DNA of 64,000 nucleotides from Minisyncoccota bacterium (GCA_028711505.1 JAQTSC010000002.1:11936-75935), one strand, 5' to 3'; positions 21,324 through 30,885 are shown, numbered from the stretch's first letter. The notes: generated by a model not told the origin, from the letters alone. Translations and numbers: made by a program.

Positions 21324-21767
21324 TTAAGCTCTCTTCCTCTCCAATACCGACTTGATTTTTTCGACAACTTCAGTGGGCGTAAAATTCGCTTTTACGATGT
21401 AATCCGAAGCGCCAAGCTTTATTCCTTTGTCTATATCGTCTTTTTGCCCAAGATTGCTTAAAATGATTATCGGAAATTTTCCGATAATACCTTCCGTCTT
21501 AAGCGCTTCTAAAAATTCCAGACCGGTCATTTTCGGCATGACAACATCCAAAAGCATGATATCCGGCCGAAATCCGCCTTTTAATTTATTCAGAGCGTCA
21601 TCCGTGCTTTTTGAAGATTCCACACTAAAGCCGGATGATTTGAACTTTACCGAATACATGTCCAAAAGAAAATCATCGTCGTCTAAAAGGAAAACCGTAA
21701 TTACCTTATCCATTGTTTTTTCGGACTCGGGCGAAAGATCGCTTGCGGTTGTGTTTCCTTGAGACAT
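21324..21767 (-). CDS. response regulator receiver-domain protein (CheY-like, stand-alone)
   Basis: REC domain motifs: acidic pocket 'LLDDDD', phospho-acceptor 'LLDVVMP', and 'LSNLG...K'. Confidence 0.8.
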   Translation of the reverse strand: MSQGNTTASDLSPESEKTMDKVITVFLLDDDDFLLDMYSVKFKSSGFSVESSKSTDDALNKLKGGFRPDIMLLDVVMPKMTGLEFLEALKTEGIIGKFPIIILSNLGQKDDIDKGIKLGASDYIVKANFTPTEVVEKIKSVLERKRA

Positions 21768-21801
21768 AATTTTATTTTTGATTAAGAGTGCCGCCGTATC
21801 A

Positions 21802-23511
21802 TCATATTATTTCCCTCAACTGTTCAAGCCCTATGGTGCCGTCTAAAACCTTTAAAATTCCGTCTTGCCTCATTGTTATCATCCCCTGGCTGAATGCTTC
21901 TTTCATTATAGCCGATTCTCCCGGATTTGTTAAAATTATTTTTTCAAGTTCTGGCGTCATCGACATAACTTCAAAAATTCCGATCCTCCCCCTGGTGCCT
22001 CTTGGACACTGCGCGGAAGGCAAGGCTTGATAAATAGTATCGGGGATTTCGACCTTTTCCCTTACTCCGGCAGGCATTTGCTTTATCTCTTCTTCAAGCA
22101 TAGCCCTTACTGTGCCGGAAACTTTTACTCCTTTTTTTGATTCGGGACAAAGAGTCCCGACAAGACGCTGAGAAATTGCCGAAATCAAAGTTGCCGGAAT
22201 AAGAAACGGGTCAACTCCCATATCTATAAGACGCGGAATAACGCCGGTGGCGGTATTCGTGTGAAGCGTTGAGAAAACAAGGTGACCGGTCAAAGCAGAC
22301 TGCACCGCCAGCCGCGCTGTTTCTTTGTCTCGTATCTCGCCAACCATGATTACATCCGGGTCTTGCCTTAAAATTGACCTTAACCCGCTCGCGAAATCAT
22401 AACCGATCTCCGGCCTTACCTGCGATTGGCTCATTCCTTCCAAATTATATTCAATAGGATCTTCCAAGCTCACAGCGTTGCTTTTTTCCTTATCCAAAAG
22501 ATTGAGCATCGCGTAGAGAGTGGTAGTTTTTCCGGAACCGGTGGGACCGGTTATCAAGATCATTCCATAGGGCTTTTCAAGCCCTTCTTTTACCATTTTT
22601 AAATTTCTTCCCAAAAGACCGACTTCTTCCAATTTTTTGAGCCCCTTAGTGGCGTCCAAAATTCTTATCACTATTTTTTCTCCGTAAAAAGTCGGAAAAG
22701 TGGAAACGCGAAAATCAATCCTTTTACCGCCGACGCCCGCCTCAAAACGACCGTCCTGCGGTTTTCTTTTTTCGTCCAATTTCATGTTAGTAAGAATTTT
22801 TATTCTCGCGACAACCGCCTCGTGCACTTTTTTCGGCAAAGTAAGACTGGTGTACAAAACGCCGTCAACCCTGAACCTGACTTTCAGCCGGTCGTAAAGC
22901 GGTTCTATGTGTATATCCGAAGCTCTTCCTTCTATGGCATGCCTTATGATAACGGCAACCATTTTTGTAATCGGCGCCTCTTCGGTGGAAGTGGCCATTT
23001 CTTCCGCCTGTTTTATGTCTTCCGGCAAAGTCTTCTGCGCGATAACCGATTCCAATTCATCAAGAATTTTTACTGTTTCGCCGCCAAGACTTTGATAGCT
23101 ATTCAGGGCGTTTTTCAAATCAGTCGAAGAAATCAGAAACAGCTTGAACGGCATATTCAATTTCGAAGATAAAAACTGAAGAGCTTCTCGGGCCTCCATA
23201 TCGTCCGGATTTACAATCCCCACTTCCATAACTCCCTCTTCAACGCCAAGCGGCGCGAATTTGTAAAAACGAACGGATTCTTCGGGGATATTTTTTATTA
23301 TTTCAAAAGGTAAAGTCAAAGAACCCTCCACTTTTTTTATCGGCAACCCGAAAACTTCGCTTTTTGCCTTAGTTATTTCATCTGCGGAGATATTTCGCTT
23401 AACAAGAATTTCTTCAAGGTCAGCCCCTGTTTCGTCGGCCTCTTTTTTGCTCTTAAAAAGAAGGTCATTGGAAATAATATTATTTTTTACTAAAACTTCT
23501 CCAAAAGTCAT
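21802..23511 (-). CDS. pilB: type IV pilus assembly (extension) ATPase PilB/GspE
   Basis: N-terminal T2SSE_N-like domain, Walker A 'GPTGSGKTTTLYAML', tetra-Cys motif (CPESKKG...C). Confidence 0.9.
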   Translation of the reverse strand: MTFGEVLVKNNIISNDLLFKSKKEADETGADLEEILVKRNISADEITKAKSEVFGLPIKKVEGSLTLPFEIIKNIPEESVRFYKFAPLGVEEGVMEVGIVNPDDMEAREALQFLSSKLNMPFKLFLISSTDLKNALNSYQSLGGETVKILDELESVIAQKTLPEDIKQAEEMATSTEEAPITKMVAVIIRHAIEGRASDIHIEPLYDRLKVRFRVDGVLYTSLTLPKKVHEAVVARIKILTNMKLDEKRKPQDGRFEAGVGGKRIDFRVSTFPTFYGEKIVIRILDATKGLKKLEEVGLLGRNLKMVKEGLEKPYGMILITGPTGSGKTTTLYAMLNLLDKEKSNAVSLEDPIEYNLEGMSQSQVRPEIGYDFASGLRSILRQDPDVIMVGEIRDKETARLAVQSALTGHLVFSTLHTNTATGVIPRLIDMGVDPFLIPATLISAISQRLVGTLCPESKKGVKVSGTVRAMLEEEIKQMPAGVREKVEIPDTIYQALPSAQCPRGTRGRIGIFEVMSMTPELEKIILTNPGESAIMKEAFSQGMITMRQDGILKVLDGTIGLEQLREII

Positions 23512-23571
23512 AAAATAAAAAATTCAAAATTACTGTCTTGCAGTTTGTAATAGGCGAATCGCGGAAATTTA

Positions 23572-23913
23572 TTATATCCCATTCGCGGGAGCGAAAGGAT
23601 TTTCTCTTCCTATTTTGTCAGGGTAAGGAATGACAGGCGTAAGATCTTTAAGCGCTTTAAAATCAGACCGGCCAAAAAATCCAGTATCAATCTCTATGTT
23701 TCTTATGCGCGTTACTATCTCGACAAAATCCTTGCCTACTATACTTTCGTCAGCAAGAATGGCCGGAGAACCAAGATTTATTGAATCGATTGAAGGCAAA
23801 GCCACGGAGCCCGAAGAACTGCCGCCTTTGAAAAAATTCGCATAAATATAGTAGCTAGCCACAGCCAAAATCGCCAAAGACAGAATAAAAATTAAATTGC
23901 GTTTATTAAACAT
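23572..23913 (-). CDS. hypothetical pilus-assembly-associated protein (PilP-like position)
   Basis: 113 aa with a single N-terminal TM. Position between pilB and pilO-like genes. Confidence 0.3.
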   Translation of the reverse strand: MFNKRNLIFILSLAILAVASYYIYANFFKGGSSSGSVALPSIDSINLGSPAILADESIVGKDFVEIVTRIRNIEIDTGFFGRSDFKALKDLTPVIPYPDKIGRENPFAPANGI

Positions 23914-23924
23914 TTTATCGGTTT

Positions 23925-24479
23925 TTATTTTTTGAAATAAGCGTTGGCGGTCATGGAAAATTTATGCACGTTGGTTTCGCCACTCTCGGAAGAAAATTCT
24001 ATTCCCGTAATATCCATGAAACGCAGACTGCGCTGTATCTCGTCAAAAAAAGATTTAGCCGCCGGATAAGAAGCCGAAAAAAACATATTTACCTGTAGCA
24101 CAGAGCGGCTTTCGCCGCCATTTTCTCCGGGCAAATTGCTAGCGGCCTGAGGTTTTGATTCGGCCTGGGTCTGAAGCTGTTCTATAATCACTCCCGACGC
24201 CGACGCGATATTTGAAAGTTCCACCATAAGTCTTAAGCTATCGGCGTTTTCAGGCACCATCTTGGAAAGACGCTCCAAATTTTTCGGGTCTATGGAATTA
24301 TATTTATCCAAAAGTTCATCTCTTATTTTTTTTGTTTCGCGCGATTCGCTAAGCGCCGAATCAAGCGCAGCCTTGTGCGTTTTTAAAGTTTTTATTTGGT
24401 CTAATGCCGGTTTCGTCCAAGAAAGGAAGACTCCGACGGCGGCCAACAGCATTATTATTATTGTAATTCCTCTGCCCAT
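23925..24479 (-). CDS. PilO-like pilus assembly protein
   Basis: Single N-terminal TM followed by a coiled-coil and a periplasmic domain. Gene order pilM-N-O. Confidence 0.45.
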   Translation of the reverse strand: MGRGITIIIMLLAAVGVFLSWTKPALDQIKTLKTHKAALDSALSESRETKKIRDELLDKYNSIDPKNLERLSKMVPENADSLRLMVELSNIASASGVIIEQLQTQAESKPQAASNLPGENGGESRSVLQVNMFFSASYPAAKSFFDEIQRSLRFMDITGIEFSSESGETNVHKFSMTANAYFKK

Positions 24480-24501
24480 GTGTTTAAGATTTAGATCATT
24501 A

Positions 24502-25119
24502 TCATTTATTTATCTCTTCGCTTATTACCAAACTCAAGGAAAAAGACACTTCACCTTTTTCCGTCAAATTAAAATTTGAAAAAGAAAAATCTTCTATGTT
24601 TTTATTTTTATTGAAAACATCCGATTGCTGAGCCAAAGCCTCATAATTTTTAGCCTTCCCCGAAAGCTGCACTTTTATGCTATTTTGCTCTCCTTCGCTT
24701 GAAACGACTTTTGTTTTTCCTTTTTCATTTCCTACCGCTTTGCCGTAAGAATAAGAAAAGTTTGAAAAATACACATCCTTGACCGTCGTCTCTTCAACCA
24801 GCTTAAAAACCCTCGTCGGATAAAGATGATTCCCCAAAAGAGCGCCTGCGTCGGGTATTGAAAAAGAAAGATTCTCCATCTGCGCTATAAGAGACAATTC
24901 AAACGCAGCCTTTGCCCTTTCCAAAGAAGCGGAAAGATCGGTTATCTGCTGGCTTATCATTCGCTTATATAAAAGAGATCCGCCGAAAGCCAAAAGAGAA
25001 ATAGTCAAAAGAAAAACCGAGATTTTCATTAAAAAACCGGAGCTAACCTTGCGGTAATAATCTTTCCCCGTTGAAAAGGAACTTTTTGGCATGAAAGATA
25101 TTTTTCCGGAAGTTTCCAT
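24502..25119 (-). CDS. PilN-like pilus assembly protein
   Basis: Short cytoplasmic N-terminus, single TM, coiled-coil. Immediately downstream of pilM. Confidence 0.45.
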   Translation of the reverse strand: METSGKISFMPKSSFSTGKDYYRKVSSGFLMKISVFLLTISLLAFGGSLLYKRMISQQITDLSASLERAKAAFELSLIAQMENLSFSIPDAGALLGNHLYPTRVFKLVEETTVKDVYFSNFSYSYGKAVGNEKGKTKVVSSEGEQNSIKVQLSGKAKNYEALAQQSDVFNKNKNIEDFSFSNFNLTEKGEVSFSLSLVISEEINK

Positions 25120-25127
25120 AAAAATTT

Positions 25128-26264
25128 TTACAAATCCCTCATCGCGAGACCTGTTGCCACCGCGAACACAGGGCTAATTTGTTTTATGCTTTCCTGAAGG
25201 AAAAGCGGGTATTCTGTTTTTGAAAAAGGGTCGGCAAGCGAAACTTCAACTCCCAAGTTTTTCACCGCCATATCGGTTATTCCCTTTAGAAGCGCGCCGC
25301 CGCCGATTAAAACAATTTTACTCACTGAATTCCCGTATTTTCTTCCGTAAGCAAGCGACATCTGTTTTGATTCGGCAAAAATAAAACTTAAAACAGTTTC
25401 CATTACATTCACGAATTCGCGATACTCCGGCCTCGGCGAAAGACCTATCTCCTGTTTCATCTCCTCCGCCCTTTCAAAACTTATTTTTAATGAATTGGCG
25501 ATGGCGGTTGTTATCGCCTGTCCTCCTTTGTCGACGGCATGTGTCATTCGCAACGCTCCCTTATCTATAACGCTTATCTTTGTAGACGAAGCGCCCAAAT
25601 CAATCAGCATAAACGGAGCTGTCTGTCTGAATATGGAAGAACGCCACTCGCTAAAAACTTCTATCTCAAACGCTTTAACTTTCATTCCGGCTTTTGAAAT
25701 TATATGCTGATATTTCATAATCACTTCCCTTTGAATCGCCGCAAGAAGCACTTCAACCATCTGTTTTTTTTCTGTTTTTCCTCCGGAAGAAAGAAGTTGT
25801 TGTTCTTCCTCTCCTGTTTCATCCGAACCCGCGTCAAGAACCCACCAATCAAGGTCAACTTCGTTCAAGGGGACCGGAATATATTTTCTGGCTTCAAAAC
25901 CTATCATCTCATTCATATTCTTTCCTCCTTCCACCAAAGGAATTTTTATCGTAGTCAAAAAACTGCTTTTCACCGGAATAGAAACAATCGCGTCTTTAGC
26001 GCCCGCTCCCGATTCTTTGGCCAAATCCATTATCATGGAAACCGCCGCTTCCTCTGAAAGTTGAGCGTTCTGCCCTATTGGACGATTCGCGTACGGCCCG
26101 GTGGCAAGTTCTCCGTATGTTTCAAGGATCGCTTTTTCTTTTTCTTTTTTTAGCTGAACTATTTTCACCGATGAACTGCCGATATCAATACCAATAACTC
26201 TTTGGTCTTTCTGCCAAAATTTTAAATCAGGGGAAAGTGTCTTACCGAATAATGTAAAAGCCAT
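25128..26264 (-). CDS. pilM: type IV pilus assembly ATPase-fold protein PilM (actin-like)
   Basis: Actin/FtsA-like fold: 'GIDIGSSSVKIV' phosphate-1 motif, 'LIDLGASSTK', 'LIGGGALLKGI'. Confidence 0.8.
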   Translation of the reverse strand: MAFTLFGKTLSPDLKFWQKDQRVIGIDIGSSSVKIVQLKKEKEKAILETYGELATGPYANRPIGQNAQLSEEAAVSMIMDLAKESGAGAKDAIVSIPVKSSFLTTIKIPLVEGGKNMNEMIGFEARKYIPVPLNEVDLDWWVLDAGSDETGEEEQQLLSSGGKTEKKQMVEVLLAAIQREVIMKYQHIISKAGMKVKAFEIEVFSEWRSSIFRQTAPFMLIDLGASSTKISVIDKGALRMTHAVDKGGQAITTAIANSLKISFERAEEMKQEIGLSPRPEYREFVNVMETVLSFIFAESKQMSLAYGRKYGNSVSKIVLIGGGALLKGITDMAVKNLGVEVSLADPFSKTEYPLFLQESIKQISPVFAVATGLAMRDL

Positions 26265-26313
26265 CGCATCTTTTTGAATTTAAGATTATTATACCATATA
26301 AAGAAAACGAAAT

Positions 26314-26964
26314 ATGGGCATTGTGAAGCAAGTTATCCACACATTTTTGAATATAATTTTCCCTGAAAGATGTTTTGGCTGCGGGACAATCGGTTTCTTG
26401 TTTTGTGAAAAATGCCGGCAAAAAATTAACGGCCCGAAGATATCAAAATTCGGCGAAATTGAAGTATTTAGCGCGGCTTCATATCAAAACGATGGGATAA
26501 AAAATGCCATCAAAAATTTAAAATACAGATATGCCAAAAATACCGCGGAAGCCTTGGCAAATATAATTATTGAAAAAATAATTTCACCGGAAATTTTAGA
26601 AATAGAAGACGATGATATCTTGGTGCCAATTCCCCTTTCCCCAAAAAGAACGAGAGAAAGAGGGTTCAACCAAGCAGAGCTTATCGCAAAAATTCTATCG
26701 GACAAAATATTTATAAAGATGCGCGGCGATATCCTCTATAAAACAAAAGAAACCGAATCGCAAGTGGAAATAAAAAATCGAGATGAACGGCTGAAAAATT
26801 TAGCCGGCGCGTTCGTCGTAAAAGATTTTTCAGCCGTTCATGAAAAAACAATCTTTCTAATTGACGATGTCTGCACAACCGGCGCGACTTTATACGAAGC
26901 CTCAAAGGTTTTAAGGCATGCCGGCGCGAAAAAAATTATCGGAATCACTGTGGCGCGAGGGTAA
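26314..26964 (+). CDS. comFC: competence protein ComFC (phosphoribosyltransferase-like)
   Basis: N-terminal CxxC...CxxC zinc ribbon and the C-terminal PRTase motif 'LIDDVCTTGATL'. Confidence 0.85.
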   Translation: MGIVKQVIHTFLNIIFPERCFGCGTIGFLFCEKCRQKINGPKISKFGEIEVFSAASYQNDGIKNAIKNLKYRYAKNTAEALANIIIEKIISPEILEIEDDDILVPIPLSPKRTRERGFNQAELIAKILSDKIFIKMRGDILYKTKETESQVEIKNRDERLKNLAGAFVVKDFSAVHEKTIFLIDDVCTTGATLYEASKVLRHAGAKKIIGITVARG

Positions 26965-26989
26965 AAAATGTGTTAGCGTAAAAAAACAT

Positions 26990-27076
26990 GGAGGCGTGGC
27001 TGAGCGGCCGAAAGCAGCACACTGCTAATGTGTTGAGGGGGAAACTCCTCCGCAGGTTCGAATCCTGCCGCCTCCG
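26990..27076 (+). tRNA. tRNA-Ser (GCT)
   Basis: GGAGGCG acceptor, anticodon loop CTGCTAA, long variable arm, T loop TTCGAAT. 87 nt. Confidence 0.85.
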
Positions 27077-27116
27077 TACTTCGACAGGCTCAAATCAGGA
27101 ATCTGAATTATTTGTA

Positions 27117-27731
27117 ATGATTAAAAAAAGACAAAAAGATGTCTGGAATAAGGTTTATAGCAAATATACTCCCGCTGAATTACCGTGGTTCAATCTAAAA
27201 TTTCCGAAAGAAGTAACAAAATGGATTTCCGCGCTGGATAAAAATACTACGATGATAATTCCCGGCTGCGGTTTCGGAGACACGGCTGGCGTTCTTTCCA
27301 AAATGGGTTTTAGAAAAATAATGGGTACGGATATTTCTAAAAAAGCGACAGCCGGAGCAAGAAAGAGATTTCCAAAATTGAAATTTAAAACAGTTGAAAC
27401 CGAAAAACTGAATCAAGAAAGATACGCCAACGCAAATATTTTTGATTGGCTTAATTTTCATCATATCAACAGAAAAAATATTCGTGCTTACTTATTTTCA
27501 TTACAAAAAATATGTAATACTTTGATTCTTGCTTATATTTTTGAACCAGAATTAGGCAAAAAAAGAAATTCTTACATAACAGGTGAAAAAGTCTATAATC
27601 ATAACCCGGCGGATGTTATAAAAATACTGGATAAACTTACTCAAAAGAAAAAACTCACGTTTGAATTTAAGATAAATCCAAAATTTGGGAATAAAAAGCA
27701 TAAAGCCGTAGCTTTTATGTTCATAAAATAG
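27117..27731 (+). CDS. class I SAM-dependent methyltransferase-like protein (TPMT-like)
   Basis: Motif I-like 'IPGCGFGDTAG'. The listed ORF start at 26988 overlaps tRNA-Ser, so the start is taken as the internal ATG at 27117. Confidence 0.5.
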   Translation: MIKKRQKDVWNKVYSKYTPAELPWFNLKFPKEVTKWISALDKNTTMIIPGCGFGDTAGVLSKMGFRKIMGTDISKKATAGARKRFPKLKFKTVETEKLNQERYANANIFDWLNFHHINRKNIRAYLFSLQKICNTLILAYIFEPELGKKRNSYITGEKVYNHNPADVIKILDKLTQKKKLTFEFKINPKFGNKKHKAVAFMFIK

Positions 27732-27799
27732 AGGCGCGAAGCCCTGCCCTATTTTTTCGTTTTATTCATTTTTTCCAAAAAATATTCTATAATCTAAAC

Positions 27800-28024
27800 A
27801 TGACGGATTTACCGTTTCTTGCTTCGCAAAGTTATTGGATTTTATTTCTAGTCGCCGCGTGGACCATCCCATGGAAAGGCGTCGCTTTGTGGAAAGCGGC
27901 CCGGTTCGGCCAAAAGTGGTGGTTCATCGCTCTGCTCGTTTTAAACACTCTGGCGATTTTGGAAATAATCTATATCTTTTTCGTAGCAAGGAAGCAAAAC
28001 CAGGAACTTATAAAAACTCTCTGA
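27800..28024 (+). CDS. hypothetical small membrane protein (2 TM)
   Basis: 74-aa ORF with two hydrophobic helices, between the two tRNA-Ser genes. Confidence 0.35.
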   Translation: MTDLPFLASQSYWILFLVAAWTIPWKGVALWKAARFGQKWWFIALLVLNTLAILEIIYIFFVARKQNQELIKTL

Positions 28025-28127
28025 TATTGCCCTAGTCAAGATTTTGATTTAGGATTGTTCTCGAATGTAATTCGGGCTTTTGCAGATATTTATAAAAACA
28101 CGTTAAATTTGAATTGGTGAGCTTGGC

Positions 28128-28217
28128 GGAGGCGTGGCTGAGCGGTTGAAGGCGGCGGTCTTGAAAACCGTTATGCCGGCAACGGCATCAGAGGTTCGAA
28201 TCCTCTCGCCTCCGCCA
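28128..28217 (+). tRNA. tRNA-Ser (TGA), with encoded CCA
   Basis: GGAGGCG acceptor, anticodon loop CTTGAAA, long variable arm, T loop TTCGAAT, 3'-GCCA. Confidence 0.85.
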
Positions 28218-28244
28218 AGCTTGTGAATTTCTCTCAAATAGCCA

Positions 28245-28862
28245 ATGTTTGAATTCCTCATAAATTTTTTCGTCAAAATAGTTGAAACTGGAGGCTACCC
28301 CGGAATAGTCTTTTTGATGGCGCTTGAAAGCACGGCAATGCCCTTGCCTAGTGAAGCCATAATGCCTTTTGCCGGATTTCTGTGGTTTCTGGGAAAAATG
28401 TCTTTCGGCTGGATAATTTTTTTCAGCACAATCGGCAGTATCATCGGTTCTCTTCTCTCTTACTTTATAGGCTTTTATGCCGGAGAACCGTTTATTAAAA
28501 AATTCGGAAAATATTTTTTAATAAACGAAGAGCACCTTGAAGCAACCGAAAAATTTTTCAAAAAATTCGGCAGTAAAACGATTTTATTCAGCCGCTTTAT
28601 TCCTGTAATAAGGCACCTGATTTCCCTGCCCGCGGGAATCGGCAAAATGAATCTGCTGAAATTTTCCTCTTATACGATTTTGGGGGCTGGAATATGGAAC
28701 GCGTTTCTTACTTATCTCGGCTACTATCTAGGAGAAAACTGGGCTGAAATAAGAAAATTCAGCGAAATTATCGATATTGCCATTATAATTTTAATACTAG
28801 GAACAGCGGTTTTTCTAATAATGAGAAGGGTAAAAGCGCGGGCTAAAATCAATACTTTATAA
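28245..28862 (+). CDS. DedA/SNARE-associated family membrane protein
   Basis: DedA signature region 'GYPGIVFLMALESTAMPLPSE' and 'FSRFIPVIRHLISLPAG'. Multi-TM. Confidence 0.85.
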   Translation: MFEFLINFFVKIVETGGYPGIVFLMALESTAMPLPSEAIMPFAGFLWFLGKMSFGWIIFFSTIGSIIGSLLSYFIGFYAGEPFIKKFGKYFLINEEHLEATEKFFKKFGSKTILFSRFIPVIRHLISLPAGIGKMNLLKFSSYTILGAGIWNAFLTYLGYYLGENWAEIRKFSEIIDIAIIILILGTAVFLIMRRVKARAKINTL

Positions 28863-28998
28863 AAGGGGTTGACTTTTGCCCCAGACCTGCTATTGTAGAA
28901 TTGTACTTATTCCACTCTCTTCCTTGCGCGAATAGTTATACGAGGCAGGAAAGAAGTCTAGGAAAAGTGGTCGTATTATATTCGTGTTAAGGAAATTT

Positions 28999-29322
28999 AT
29001 GGCAAAAAAACTATACGTAGGAAGCTTGTCGTACGGAACAACGGATGACACCCTGAGAGACGGATTCTCCCAGGCTGGAAACGTTGAATCGGCTGTTGTC
29101 ATCACTGATAAAATGACGGGCCGCTCAAAAGGTTTCGGATTCGTGGAAATGTCCACAGACGAAGAAGCCCAAAAAGCCATCGAACTTTTCAATGGAAAAG
29201 AATTTGATGGACGTACGATAAACGTCAGCGAAGCCAGACCAATGGAAGCTCGCCCACCGAGAAGAGATTTTGGTGGAAGCAGAGGCCGTGGCGGATTCGG
29301 CTCAAGAAACAATTCTTTCTAA
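28999..29322 (+). CDS. RRM-domain RNA-binding protein with Arg/Gly-rich tail
   Basis: RNP-2 'LYVGSL' and RNP-1 'KGFGFVEM' motifs. C-terminal 'RRDFGGSRGRGGFGSRN'. Confidence 0.85.
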   Translation: MAKKLYVGSLSYGTTDDTLRDGFSQAGNVESAVVITDKMTGRSKGFGFVEMSTDEEAQKAIELFNGKEFDGRTINVSEARPMEARPPRRDFGGSRGRGGFGSRNNSF

Positions 29323-29398
29323 ATTTTTGGAAAGATAGTTAAAACAAAAACAACCTCTGCTCAGAGGTTGTTTTTGTTTTAACGTTTTTCGAAACAAA

Positions 29399-29809
29399 TC
29401 ACCAATTCAATTCAAGCGCGCGGTCAGCGTTGCCATACCGGCCTGTGGAAATTATAGATCCTTCACCGTCATATTCCGCGCTGCAAGTCGCGCCATTATC
29501 AAGACTGCAGGAAATAGTGGCCGTCAGCCCGTCGTCGCACCCGATGGTTGTTTCCTGGTTTACCTGATAAAAACATTCTTCGGCGCCGGCATCGGCCGCG
29601 TAAAAAGCCACGACAGACTGTCCTGATTGTATCGTCATTTTTATCTGCTGGAACATCAAAACAGACACGCCAAGCCCGATACTCAAAAGCATGCTTAACA
29701 TAAGAAGAGAAAGAAGAATAGAAATAGCTCCTTCTTCTCCGCCTTTCCTGTTTAATTTAAAATTCAATGCCAACCTCCGAAAAAAAGTTTTTTTAACCAT
29801 ATCTGTCAT
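29399..29809 (-). CDS. minor pilin-like protein (hydrophobic N-terminal helix, Cys-rich C-terminus)
   Basis: Basic N-terminus then a hydrophobic helix 'ISILLSLLMLSMLLSIGLGVSVLMF'. Last gene of the minor-pilin operon. Confidence 0.45.
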   Translation of the reverse strand: MTDMVKKTFFRRLALNFKLNRKGGEEGAISILLSLLMLSMLLSIGLGVSVLMFQQIKMTIQSGQSVVAFYAADAGAEECFYQVNQETTIGCDDGLTATISCSLDNGATCSAEYDGEGSIISTGRYGNADRALELNW

Positions 29810-29813
29810 GTTT

Positions 29814-30332
29814 TTATCTTAAAGCCACGGAACTTTGAAGATTAATAACATCCGATCCGCCGCTGCTTCTAACACCGGGTTCAAGTTTAAGAATTATAGT
29901 GACAAACGTCCTGTCTGGAGACGTATAGTCTCTTACATAAAAAGCTCCCGAGACTTTCACTGCGCCTTCCGGGGTCACATCAAAAACAGGGACAGTAGAC
30001 GGCGGTTTATAAAAATAAAGCCCGACATCTCCAAATTTATAGACCAAATTTTCTCCGGCTGAATTCGTAATGTCCAAAGTAGACCCGTCTTCCGAAACAG
30101 AGTTTACGACGCTTGTCCTCAATTCCCTTGTTAAAAATTCCAGAGTATAACGTCCGGTTTCATAAAGGTTTTGGACTAAAAATACTTTGCGCTGAGTTTT
30201 GACCACGGAAATTGAAACAGCCGTGATACTCAAAACAAAAGCGCTGAAAATCGCCAAAGAAACGAGGGTTTCTATAATCGTAAATCCCGCCAAAAATTCA
30301 ATATCCTTCTTTTTTAATGTTTTAAGCTTCAT
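29814..30332 (-). CDS. type IV pilin-like minor pilin
   Basis: Prepilin motif 'LAGFTIIETLVSLAIFSAFVL' (G|FTIIE). Confidence 0.65.
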   Translation of the reverse strand: MKLKTLKKKDIEFLAGFTIIETLVSLAIFSAFVLSITAVSISVVKTQRKVFLVQNLYETGRYTLEFLTRELRTSVVNSVSEDGSTLDITNSAGENLVYKFGDVGLYFYKPPSTVPVFDVTPEGAVKVSGAFYVRDYTSPDRTFVTIILKLEPGVRSSGGSDVINLQSSVALR

Positions 30333-30350
30333 GCTTCAGTTTTAAAATTT

Positions 30351-30875
30351 TTATCTCCATCTCCACAAGCGGTCTTCCACGTTTAAAGTGTGCCACCCTG
30401 TCCGAGCCTGCCATCTTATTTCTGAGACAACCTTTATTTCATCGTTGCTTACCCGGGATAAAATTACCCTTCTGTAAAAAGGCGTGTCCTCTCCCTCCTC
30501 GTATTGATAAAGTCCGAAAGAATTTATTTTCAATGGCGCTTCCGGGTCCGCGCAAGAAGCGTCAATTAGCAAAATACTGTCATGAACAGGGCAATAAATT
30601 TGAGAGCTTCCTATCGGATGCGAATAAGGAGTGGTAGTACTGTACCATTCCCAGCTTCTCCAATCGCCGTTTGATTTTCTTATATCCCTTATTATTTCAA
30701 CCCCCTCCTGCGCCAATCCTGAAGCGATAAGCCGCGACTTGCTGTTTTCAACGGCTTTTAGCGAATAATTAGTCATGTTGAAAACTCCGAATATTCCGAC
30801 AATGGCGATGGACGTCGCCACAATAACTCCAACAAAACTCAATCCTTGATTTTTCGGATGACCGGAATTATTCAT
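30351..30875 (-). CDS. minor pilin-like protein (PilV/PilW-like position)
   Basis: N-terminal hydrophobic helix 'LSFVGVIVATSIAIVGIFGVF'. Within the pilin operon. Confidence 0.45.
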   Translation of the reverse strand: MNNSGHPKNQGLSFVGVIVATSIAIVGIFGVFNMTNYSLKAVENSKSRLIASGLAQEGVEIIRDIRKSNGDWRSWEWYSTTTPYSHPIGSSQIYCPVHDSILLIDASCADPEAPLKINSFGLYQYEEGEDTPFYRRVILSRVSNDEIKVVSEIRWQARTGWHTLNVEDRLWRWR

Positions 30876-30885
30876 AAATTTTATT

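Noticed and set aside
26988-27116. 5' extension of the methyltransferase ORF (listed start 26988).
   Set aside because: The extension is the tRNA-Ser(GCT) gene read as protein (…ESCRLRTS…). The CDS start was moved to the internal ATG at 27117.
28863-28998. TTGACT…TAGAAT promoter-like hexamers upstream of the RRM gene.
   Set aside because: The spacer between the best hexamers is ~21 nt and the alternative -10 (TATTGT) is weak, so no promoter was called.
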